DNA from: Candidatus Latescibacterota bacterium
GTDB lineage: Bacteria; Latescibacterota; UBA2968; GCA-2709665
DNA: 64,000 nucleotides
Reading direction: 5' to 3'
NCBI GenBank assembly: GCA_965219455.1
Contig: OZ244744.1
Location: forward strand, 3,904,001-3,968,000
The position numbers and the translations under genes were made by a program. Positions 50,323 through 58,292 of this stretch are shown piece by piece. Position 1 is the first letter of the stretch; every line of letters starts with the position of its first letter. The notes below the pieces were generated by a model. That model was not told the DNA's origin and ran no database searches. It was given only the letters and a program-made list of their open reading frames with translations.

Positions 50323-51000
50323 ATGGCCAAAGGGGTTTTCTCCAGAATGGCGGACATTATCAAAGCCAACATCAACGATCTTCTGAATCGCGCCGAAGAT
50401 CCGGAAAAGATGATTCGGCAGATGATTCTCGAAATGGAAGAGGCCGTCAACAAGGCGACTGCGTCCGTCGGGACCGCCGTTGCCAACGAAAAACGCCTGG
50501 AGCGTCAGTTATTGGAAAAAACCGACCAGATCGAAGCCTGGCAGAAAAAGGCCGAACTGGCCGTGGAATCCGGCGAGGACGACCTTGCCAGGCGCGCGCT
50601 GGAACGAAAGGCCGCCCTCGAAAAGGCCGCCCGCGACCTGGAAATCGCTTTCGACGAGAGCCACAAGACCTCGGATCAGCTCAAGAAACAGCTGACGCAG
50701 CTCAAGTCCAAACTGGACGAAGCACGCACCAGCCAGGGCGCCCTCATCGCGCGCCGTCGCGCCGCGCAGGCGAGAAAGCAGATCGCCCAGGGCCTTTCGG
50801 GCATCGGCGATGACGCATTTTCCAGCTTCGAACGCTTCCGCAGCCGGGTCGAAAACGAAGAAGCAGAGGCGTCTGCTCACGCCGAAATTGCGGGTGAGGA
50901 TTCCTCGCTTGAAGACTCGTTCGAAAAACTGGAACGCCGGAACACCGTGGAAGAGGAACTTGAGGCCCTGAAAAACAAACTGCGTAAATCCGATGCGTGA
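50323..51000 (+). CDS. pspA: PspA/IM30 family protein
   Basis: GVFSRMADIIKANINDLLNRAEDPEKMIRQMILEME, EDDLARRAL, VEEELEALK. Confidence 0.93.
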   Translation: MAKGVFSRMADIIKANINDLLNRAEDPEKMIRQMILEMEEAVNKATASVGTAVANEKRLERQLLEKTDQIEAWQKKAELAVESGEDDLARRALERKAALEKAARDLEIAFDESHKTSDQLKKQLTQLKSKLDEARTSQGALIARRRAAQARKQIAQGLSGIGDDAFSSFERFRSRVENEEAEASAHAEIAGEDSSLEDSFEKLERRNTVEEELEALKNKLRKSDA

Positions 51001-51634
51001 ATTGCGAAATATCCTGGACGAAATCGCTTACGAAATTGAAAAGGCGGTGCGCAACACAAAAGAGGCCTGGCGTGACGTCCGGAACACCCGACCCATTCGG
51101 CAAGGACCGCGAACGGTTCGTCACCCACGATCGGGTCGCTCGTCTTTCCGATTCTCCGATCTGGCCACTGACGGGAGCTGCGCCATGCGATACGCCCTCG
51201 CGTTCGTTCTGAAAGCCACAGCGATTTTGTTTGGACTCGGCGGCCTGATGGGCCCCGTGTTCTCCGGTTTCCAGCCGTCCGGCTTCCGCCTGGCCCCGCT
51301 CGATTTCAGCATGGGGCTTGTGGTTGTCGCCATCGCGCTGGTCTTCTGGCTGGCCGGGTGCAGGGTCCACGCGTCGGCCGAGCACAAGCGGTACGCGCAG
51401 TATCAACATCGGCTGCTCAGACTCGCTCGCGAGAAAGGCGGAAGCCTCACGGTTCTGGAGGCTGCTACCGACGGCAGCATGACCGTCGAAAAAGCGGCTG
51501 AAATCCTGGGCGATTTGGCCGTCGGCGGCAGCGCCGAGGTGCGCGTTTCCGAGTCCGGTCTTGTTGTCTATCACTTTCCTGAAGTTGAACGCGGGGCCGA
51601 AAAATACCGGGCGAAACCGGTGGATGACCTTTGA
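50993..51634 (+). CDS. Two-TM membrane protein with C-terminal winged-helix-like domain
   Basis: Overlaps the pspA stop; two hydrophobic helices; LLRLAREKGGSLTVLEAA...AEILGDL...VSESGLVVYHFP. Confidence 0.7.
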   Translation: MRELRNILDEIAYEIEKAVRNTKEAWRDVRNTRPIRQGPRTVRHPRSGRSSFRFSDLATDGSCAMRYALAFVLKATAILFGLGGLMGPVFSGFQPSGFRLAPLDFSMGLVVVAIALVFWLAGCRVHASAEHKRYAQYQHRLLRLAREKGGSLTVLEAATDGSMTVEKAAEILGDLAVGGSAEVRVSESGLVVYHFPEVERGAEKYRAKPVDDL

Positions 51635-51645
51635 TATCTTAAACA

Positions 51646-51829
51646 GTGTTCTGTCCCATAAATTTCTCACCATTCGGCCGCCGATTCATCCCGTCTCGCG
51701 GCGTTGCCTTCGCTCGCCGACCTTACGCAGGTCGCCTGCACTCTGGCGCTGGTTCCTGAGCCGGTCGAAGGATGCGAGCCGGGCGACTCGACTGCCGAAT
51801 TCTGGCAACCTATTTCTGGGACAGAACAC
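51646..51829. mobile_element. MITE family B, copy 2, with internal REP-like insert
   Basis: Terminal repeats GTGTTCTGTCCCATAAAT / ATTTCTGGGACAGAACAC (17/18); extra GGTTCCTGAGCCGGTCGAAGG relative to copy 1. Confidence 0.78.
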
Positions 51830-51844
51830 GGACGGAGGGATGTC

Positions 51845-52060
51845 ATGTTTGAAGTTGGCATTGGAATTGCGCTAATTGTTCTCGCGGCGGCGGTCCACAA
51901 ATATGTAGATCGGCAAACCAAAGGCTTCATGCCCGGCAAAGTGGAAGAGCGCCTGAATGTCCGGCTGGACGACCTTGACCGAAGACTGACGGATATCCAG
52001 GAAATCATGATCGCGATCGACGAAAAGCTGACTCGGCCGGGCTCGCGAGGGACCTCGTGA
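51845..52060 (+). CDS. PspB-like single-TM coiled-coil protein
   Basis: GGAGG site; MFEVGIGIALIVLAAAV...RLDDLDRRLTDIQEIMIAIDEKL. Confidence 0.7.
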   Translation: MFEVGIGIALIVLAAAVHKYVDRQTKGFMPGKVEERLNVRLDDLDRRLTDIQEIMIAIDEKLTRPGSRGTS

Positions 52061-52153
52061 TCGGCGAACGCGCGGGCATTGGGGATCCGAGAGAAACCGG
52101 ATCGAGCAACTGCGCCCGGATCAAGCCTACTCAACAACAAGAGGCGTTGAACC

Positions 52154-52528
52154 ATGAACAAAAAGCGGATTCACGTCGGTGAGCGGATTCAGGATGGAGC
52201 GGTTATCGTCTCCGTGAGTGGCGATCCCATTGCACGGCCGGATGTAGCGCCCCTGCGACGCAAAATACGAAACCTGGTCAACGACGGCGCCAGGACGGTC
52301 GTGGTCGACCTTTCAAGGGTGAATCGACTCGGCGCCGCCTTGCTGGGGGAGTTGATCAGGGGTCTGACCACCATAAGAGACGTAGGCGGGGACCTGAAGC
52401 TGAGCGGCGTTTCGGGTCGGATCGAGAGAGTCCTCGCGGTAACGAGACTCTCACGCTTATTCAAGATTGCCTATGCGGGAACCGGTCCGCCGGACGCAGA
52501 CCACAGAACTGTTAAAAAGGTGGCTTGA
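52154..52528 (+). CDS. STAS domain (anti-sigma antagonist-like) protein
   Basis: VSVSGD, VVVDLSRV, GGDLKL, RVLAVTRLSRLF. Confidence 0.8.
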   Translation: MNKKRIHVGERIQDGAVIVSVSGDPIARPDVAPLRRKIRNLVNDGARTVVVDLSRVNRLGAALLGELIRGLTTIRDVGGDLKLSGVSGRIERVLAVTRLSRLFKIAYAGTGPPDADHRTVKKVA

Positions 52529-52595
52529 GACTTCAGTGTATAGGAAATCCACTGCTTGATTTTCGAAACGCGGGGAATCCGGAGGAGGGAACGGA

Positions 52596-53180
52596 ATGAG
52601 CTGGATATTGGAAATGGCGTTAGCCTTATGCCTGTTGATGATTGCGGGTGGGTTTTCAGTCTATCTGATGACTCCCGGTAACAAAAAGCCGAGCGGATCC
52701 ACGGTGGGGATTTTCCTGGCTGTGGCGGCCGTGGGGTTCGTAATCTGGGCCTTAACGTCTGAACGGTGGAACTTGCTTCCAGGTACTGATAATATTCCTG
52801 AACTGACCGAAGCCGGCAGTGCCGGCGGCATGTCGGGCGAAGGCTTGAAGCTATTCCTGGACAATCAACGGCGATTGGAATCCGCTGCCAAAAAACTCGA
52901 AGGCATCGCGAACAGGCTCGAACTGGCTCAATCTGGAACGGGTCTGGGTATCGCAATGGAAATTGGCATCGGAATCTGTCTGATAATTTTTGCCGGGGGC
53001 CTCGTGAGCTATATACACCTCAGGAAAAAGAGGGAGGGCAAAGGGATGAGTCCCGACCGGGCGAGACGAATGGAAACGCGGCTCGACACAGTGGATCAGC
53101 GTTTAAATGAATTCCAGGACGTCCTGATATCCATTGACGACAGGCTGAACCGGTTGAAGGGAAACAAAGTCGCAGGTTGA
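52596..53180 (+). CDS. Membrane protein with tandem PspB-like TM/coiled-coil modules
   Basis: Three hydrophobic helices; C-terminal MEIGIGICLIIFAGG...RLDTVDQRLNEFQDVLISIDDRL matches 51845-52060. Confidence 0.72.
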   Translation: MSWILEMALALCLLMIAGGFSVYLMTPGNKKPSGSTVGIFLAVAAVGFVIWALTSERWNLLPGTDNIPELTEAGSAGGMSGEGLKLFLDNQRRLESAAKKLEGIANRLELAQSGTGLGIAMEIGIGICLIIFAGGLVSYIHLRKKREGKGMSPDRARRMETRLDTVDQRLNEFQDVLISIDDRLNRLKGNKVAG

Positions 53181-53303
53181 TCAGCATTGGGACCGGTTAA
53201 CGCCGGTGCAATCCAGCGTTGACGAGGGTTCCTGGTCTCTCGTGAAACTCAGGATAGGATCTTTCATTAAATAAAACACCCGAAAAACAGAAAGGACAGA
53301 GCC

Positions 53304-53480
53304 ATGCTCGCAAAGATTCTCGGTATCATACTCATTGCCATCGGCGCATACCTCGGTATTTTCGAAGCGATCAAGCTGATCGGCGTGTCCCTGGAAGTCC
53401 TGTTTCTGCTCCTGAAACTGCTGGTTTCGTTCGTCCTTATTTACGTGGGTTATCGGCTGCTTGCGAGTGACTCCAGGTAA
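53304..53480 (+). CDS. Small 58-aa two-TM membrane protein (LiaI/PspG-like topology)
   Basis: Read by hand after AAGGA: MLAKILGIILIAIGAYLGIFEAIKLIGVSLEVLFLLLKLLVSFVLIYVGYRLLASDSR. Confidence 0.72.
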   Translation: MLAKILGIILIAIGAYLGIFEAIKLIGVSLEVLFLLLKLLVSFVLIYVGYRLLASDSR

Positions 53481-53511
53481 TTGACCCTCCTTTCGAGAGG
53501 ATATCCCATTG

Positions 53512-54087
53512 ATGGAAAACGAACGGCATCTGGTCCGGAGGGCCGTCAAAGGTGACGCGGCTGCCTTCGGCATACTTTATAAGGCCTGCCATGAACAGAT
53601 CTACGCCACGATGGTGCGACGAACCAGCGATCCTGAAACCGCGCAGGATCTCGTGCAAACCGCCTTTTTAAGGGCATATACCGCCATGGGTTCCTACCGG
53701 GGAGAGGCTGCGTTTGCCACCTGGCTTACGCAAATCGCGCTGAACGTACATAGATCCCACTTCCGCAAACAGCAGGTGCGCCGGAGGTGGATAAAGGTAT
53801 CCGAAGACCCCGCGGCCCTTGCCGAAGCTACGCGCCTGCCCGCTTGCGGCGAAAATCCTGAGATTTCGACCCAGCGAAACCAGCACCGCGAACTCGTCAG
53901 GAAGAGTATTCGCGCATTGCCGGCCAGATATCGCAAGGTCGTCTGGATGCGTTACGTCCGGGACTGGACATACAAGGAGATTACCCGGGAGTTGCAGCTT
54001 CCAATGGGTACGGTCAAGACCTGGCTCAACCGTGGAAGGTACCAATTGAAGGGCGAATTCAGAAAACGGGGGTTGGACCCCTTCTGA
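53512..54087 (+). CDS. ECF RNA polymerase sigma factor
   Basis: GDAAAF, AQDLVQTAF, FATWLTQIALN, LPARYR, YKEI...LPMGTVKTWLNRGR. Confidence 0.9.
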   Translation: MENERHLVRRAVKGDAAAFGILYKACHEQIYATMVRRTSDPETAQDLVQTAFLRAYTAMGSYRGEAAFATWLTQIALNVHRSHFRKQQVRRRWIKVSEDPAALAEATRLPACGENPEISTQRNQHRELVRKSIRALPARYRKVVWMRYVRDWTYKEITRELQLPMGTVKTWLNRGRYQLKGEFRKRGLDPF

Positions 54088-54347
54088 GATGGCGCGCCGC
54101 GGGGTTCCGGACGCGTAGAGTTGAGGGCCGGGTCGGTTCGGCGGTTGAGCTCACGCCAGGCTCGCGGGCGACTTCGCAGGTAGGGAACGACCCGGCGCCC
54201 GTCGTCATCGGCGAAACCCATCGCAATTTTGTGTTGACGTAAAGAATATTCTATATCACATTTCGCAGCGCGGCGCGCATGCCTGGCATGCGCCTGCCTC
54301 TTTCCCACTTACCGTGTGGTACGTGCAAAATCAAGCAGACCCGCAGA

Positions 54348-54968
54348 ATGGAGCCATATTTGGATGCCTGGTGGACGGATCTGACCACGCTCAACCAGAT
54401 TTTCTACGTCGTGGCGATTTTTTTCAGTGCGTTTTTCGTCTGGCAACTCCTGGTGGTTCTACTTGGTCTTGGAGACGGTTCGGATGCAGGCGTTTCCGGA
54501 GATACAAACCTCGGCGACGCCGGCCCGGAACTTAACGACGGACTGGAAGACGGTACGGTTGCTTCTTTCAAACTGCTATCCGTCAGGTCCCTGATCGCCT
54601 TCGGCATGCTGTTCGGGTGGGCGGGCGCCCTGTATCTGGAGAAAGGGTTGGATATTCAGACCGCCCTACTTTACGCGCTTGTCTGGGGCAGTGCGGGCAT
54701 GGCGGTCGTGGCCTATTTTTTCCGCGGAATCCGGCAGCTTACAGAGACTGGAAACGCCAGCCTGGATACATGCGTTGGTACGTCGGGCGAGGTATATTTG
54801 GATATCCCGGAAGGCGGCACCGGACAGGTCCGGGTGATGGAGAGCGGCGCCGTCGCCTACGTATCTGCCCGCGGAAAAAATGGCATGCCCATCTCAACCA
54901 ATACGCCGGTCCGCATTCTACGTGTGCTCGATCCAACCACGCTTGAGGTCGAGCCGTTGGTGTCCTGA
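54348..54968 (+). CDS. NfeD-like (short, YqiJ-type) membrane protein with OB fold
   Basis: Three TMs; LLSVRSLIAFGMLFGWAG; GTSGEVYLDIP..GTGQV; adjacent to flotillin. Confidence 0.8.
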   Translation: MEPYLDAWWTDLTTLNQIFYVVAIFFSAFFVWQLLVVLLGLGDGSDAGVSGDTNLGDAGPELNDGLEDGTVASFKLLSVRSLIAFGMLFGWAGALYLEKGLDIQTALLYALVWGSAGMAVVAYFFRGIRQLTETGNASLDTCVGTSGEVYLDIPEGGTGQVRVMESGAVAYVSARGKNGMPISTNTPVRILRVLDPTTLEVEPLVS

Positions 54969-55120
54969 GTGGATTTTGGTTCAAATGTCTATGTTTCCAG
55001 TATTTCCTAATTGTCTGATTGCGCCGATGGATGAGACAGGAAGGGTTTTCAACCCGCACGGGATTCGCTCCGGGATAGATCTCAATCAGAGGTGAAATAT
55101 CCAATTGAGGAGGGATTGCA

Positions 55121-56635
55121 ATGGCAACTGAGACGATACTGACAATTATAATGCTGTTAGTGGTATTTCTGCTCTTCGTGACGTTTATTTCCAGGTACAG
55201 GCGGTGTCCATCCAACAAGATACTGGTCGTCTACGGCAAGACCGGACAGGGGGCGGCAAAATGCGTTCACGGGGGCGCTGCCTTCGTTCTTCCGCTCCTT
55301 CAGGACTATGAGTATCTGGACCTGGAGCCGTTTGTCGTTCCCATAGACCTGGACAACGCCCTTTCACAGGAGAACATCCGCGTGTCCGTTCCGACAACCG
55401 TCACGGCGGCGGTTTCAAATCAGGCGGGCGTGATGCAGAATGCGGCAGTTCGTCTCCTGGGTCTTTCACGCGAACAAATCGAGAGTCAGGCGCAGGACAT
55501 CATCCTCGGTCAGATGCGGGCGGTGATAGCCACCATGGAAATCGAAGAAATCAACCGGGACCGGCAGGCTTTCATGTTCAAGGTTAATGAAGCAGTCTCC
55601 ACCGAAATGGAGAAAATCGGCCTGGCCGTGATTAACGTGAACATCAAGGATATTGAAGACGAAAGCGGTTATATCAAGGCTCTCGGGCAAAAGGCCGCGG
55701 CCGAAGCTATCAACCAGGCGACCATCGACGTGGCCGAGCAGGAGAAGACGGGCAAGGTGGGTGTGGCCGAGCGGGAACGGGACCAGCGCACCGACGTGGC
55801 TGCTGCGCATGCGGCCGCCGACATCGGCGAGGCCGAAGCCGCCAGGGACCGGCGCCAAAGGGTTGCCGCCCTCGAATCCGAAGCCCAGATCGGCGAGGCC
55901 GAGGCCACGAGAAACAAACGCCAGATGGTCTCTACTCTGGAAGCGGAAGCGGTCCAGGCCGAGGCCGGGGCCGAGGCAAAAAAGGCCGGTTATATGGCAC
56001 AGCAGACGGTGTCCGAGGAGGTCGCGCGGCAAAAGGGGCAGGAGGCGGCGAAGGCAGCGGACGGCGCCATCCGGGTTGCCCAGGAACGGGCTGAGAAAGA
56101 AGCCGAGGATGCCCGGGCGCTGCGCGAAGTAGCGCGACTGAGAGCGGAAATCGTCGTACAGGCCGATGCGCAAAAGCAGAAGCTGGTCGTACAGGCGGAG
56201 GCCGAGAAGGAGCAGAGGACACTTGTGGCGCAGGGGGAAGCTGCTGCCATTTTGGCACAGAAGCAAGCCGAAGCCGAGGGCACTCAGGCCATCCTGGACG
56301 CCAAGGCGGAGGGCTACAAGGAGTTGGTGGCCGCATGCGGAGGAAACGACCAGGCTGCCGCAGCCTTCCTCATCGTGGAACGGCTGACCGAGGTCGCAGG
56401 TATCCAGGCCGAAGCCATCAAGAATCTGCCCCTGGAGAAGATCATGGTGTGGGATGGTGGCAACGGACAGGGTGGTATGTCCAACCTCGGCCAGCGGCTG
56501 ATGGGCGCCATTCCTCCGATGCACGAACTGGCAAAGTTGGCGGGCCTGGAACTGCCGGAGTTTTTGGGCCGCTTGGCCGGCCAGACCGATCCGACGAGCG
56601 CCGCTGTAGACAAACCGGAAACGCCATCGGAATAG
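55121..56635 (+). CDS. Flotillin-like SPFH/Band-7 protein
   Basis: RYRRCPSNKILVVYG, HGGAAFVLP, GQMRAVIA, INVNIKDI, long AE-rich coiled coil, VWDGG. Confidence 0.9.
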   Translation: MATETILTIIMLLVVFLLFVTFISRYRRCPSNKILVVYGKTGQGAAKCVHGGAAFVLPLLQDYEYLDLEPFVVPIDLDNALSQENIRVSVPTTVTAAVSNQAGVMQNAAVRLLGLSREQIESQAQDIILGQMRAVIATMEIEEINRDRQAFMFKVNEAVSTEMEKIGLAVINVNIKDIEDESGYIKALGQKAAAEAINQATIDVAEQEKTGKVGVAERERDQRTDVAAAHAAADIGEAEAARDRRQRVAALESEAQIGEAEATRNKRQMVSTLEAEAVQAEAGAEAKKAGYMAQQTVSEEVARQKGQEAAKAADGAIRVAQERAEKEAEDARALREVARLRAEIVVQADAQKQKLVVQAEAEKEQRTLVAQGEAAAILAQKQAEAEGTQAILDAKAEGYKELVAACGGNDQAAAAFLIVERLTEVAGIQAEAIKNLPLEKIMVWDGGNGQGGMSNLGQRLMGAIPPMHELAKLAGLELPEFLGRLAGQTDPTSAAVDKPETPSE

Positions 56636-56659
56636 TCACGCTTCATCAGGAGTCACGGA

Positions 56660-58288
56660 TTGAAAAGACCCGCAATACCGGACAACGGGCCGGACGCTGC
56701 CAACCACATCGGTATCGCTCAGTCCCTGCCTGAATCCGAGCATGCCGAAGCCCGGCGGTGCTGCCGCGACGGCGATACCTCGATGGAAACCGGCGACCTG
56801 GCGAAAGCCGAGGCCGCCTACCGGGCGGCGTTATCCGCCGACGTCGAGAATATGCGGGCGCGCCACAATCTGGGTGTTGTCTACTACAGGCAGGGCAACT
56901 GGCGGGACGCGCTGACCTGCTTTACGCGCTGCCTTGCTCGTGCGCCGGAACACGGTGCGGGCTTGTATTTCAATGTAGGCCTCTGCCGGCTAAAAGGGGG
57001 CGTTAACGGAGCTTTGCAGGCCTTTGAAGCCGCCACCGCAGGTAATCCGGACCATCTTGAGGCGCAATTTCAGTTGGCGCTTTTGCAGGCCGAAGGCGTG
57101 GATTCGGGATCGAACGGCCGGCAACGAGCCGTTGAAGCGCTTCGCTACATTCTCGAGGCCGTGGACCGGGGCGTGCCATTCGCCAATGTAGACGGTACCT
57201 GCTTCTTGCTCGCCAGCTTTCTCGACGACCTTCCGGACAACATCGATGAAGCCATCCTGGTCTATCGCCGAGGGTTGGAAGCGAATCCGCTGTTCGCCCC
57301 AGGCCATAACAACCTTGGCGTTCTGCTCATGGAAACGGGTCAGACCCTCCAGGCCCTTGGCGCATTCAAGATAGCCATCCAGCTCGAGCCGGACTATGAG
57401 CTACCCTACAGAAACCTGGCGCACCTTCTTTTTGATCACAAGAATTCGGCACAGATGGAACAGGAATACACTTCCATTATTGAGGAATTCGGCGCAAAGG
57501 CAGCCTCGGTCCTGGCACGCTTATCCCTTGAACTCATCGACCTGGGACGTGTGCAGGTGGGAGAGAGCCTGTATACGCGGGGTCACCAGATCAAGAACCT
57601 GATGGGTCTGGTCGGGAGCCGTACGCGCCGGCTTATTCGAAGGGTCCCGCAGAAAGACACCGTTCTCGACGATCTGAGAAACATCGCCCGCGACCAGGAA
57701 CACATTTACGACCAATGGGTCGCCTATCTGCGCAGCATGAAACAGGATCCGCTGAACCCCTCTCTGGTGGATATTCCGCAACTCGTGGGCAAAATCAAGG
57801 AGACGATCTCGACCCGGACCGGCGGCGCAGCGCTCCGCTTTGCATCTGAACCGCAGGTTCCCCAGGTCAAGGTCGATCCCGGCATGCTGCGTGAAGCCGT
57901 CACCAATCTGATTCTCAACGCGCTTGACGCCGTAGATGAGGATGGAGCGGTCACGGTTCAGGCAGGCTACGACAACAAGCGGGCGTCGGTCTTCATCGAA
58001 GTGGAAGACAACGGACCCGGCATATCCGAAGCCATTCAGGCCAGGATCTTCGATCCCGGATTTTCCACCAAGGAAAAAGGCAATGGCTTCGGCCTCAGCA
58101 TCTGTTCCCGCATTGTATCCGCCCATAGGGGAAGCCTGCGCATGATCAGCCGTCCGGGCGCCGGCGCCGTGTTCCGCATCGACCTTCCGGTGGACTTCGA
58201 ACTTGCCTCCGGACCCGAAAGTATCGGCTGGAGTGGCGATCCGATATCTACCTCGCGGCTGCCGCTGGCCGAAGAATTCATCGAGTAA
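56660..58288 (+). CDS. Soluble TPR-repeat histidine kinase
   Basis: TPRs (ARHNLGVVYY, GHNNLGVLL); H-box GHQIKN; NLILNA, DNGPGI, FSTK, GNGFGL; no TM segment. Confidence 0.85.
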   Translation: MKRPAIPDNGPDAANHIGIAQSLPESEHAEARRCCRDGDTSMETGDLAKAEAAYRAALSADVENMRARHNLGVVYYRQGNWRDALTCFTRCLARAPEHGAGLYFNVGLCRLKGGVNGALQAFEAATAGNPDHLEAQFQLALLQAEGVDSGSNGRQRAVEALRYILEAVDRGVPFANVDGTCFLLASFLDDLPDNIDEAILVYRRGLEANPLFAPGHNNLGVLLMETGQTLQALGAFKIAIQLEPDYELPYRNLAHLLFDHKNSAQMEQEYTSIIEEFGAKAASVLARLSLELIDLGRVQVGESLYTRGHQIKNLMGLVGSRTRRLIRRVPQKDTVLDDLRNIARDQEHIYDQWVAYLRSMKQDPLNPSLVDIPQLVGKIKETISTRTGGAALRFASEPQVPQVKVDPGMLREAVTNLILNALDAVDEDGAVTVQAGYDNKRASVFIEVEDNGPGISEAIQARIFDPGFSTKEKGNGFGLSICSRIVSAHRGSLRMISRPGAGAVFRIDLPVDFELASGPESIGWSGDPISTSRLPLAEEFIE

Positions 58289-58292
58289 CCTT

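Noticed and set aside
51704-51844. N-terminal extension of the 118-aa ORF
   Set aside because: Lies inside the MITE; the real start is ATG 51845 after GGAGG
52097-52126. Direct repeat CCGGATC(G/A)AGC upstream of the STAS gene
   Set aside because: Two 11-bp copies only; cannot be distinguished from chance
53181-53573. 130-aa minus-strand ORF within the psp locus
   Set aside because: Antisense to the 58-aa membrane protein and the ECF start, which have ribosome-binding sites and operon context
54284-54298. TGGCATGCGCCTGC as a sigma54 promoter for nfeD
   Set aside because: GG-to-GC spacing is 9, not the required 10
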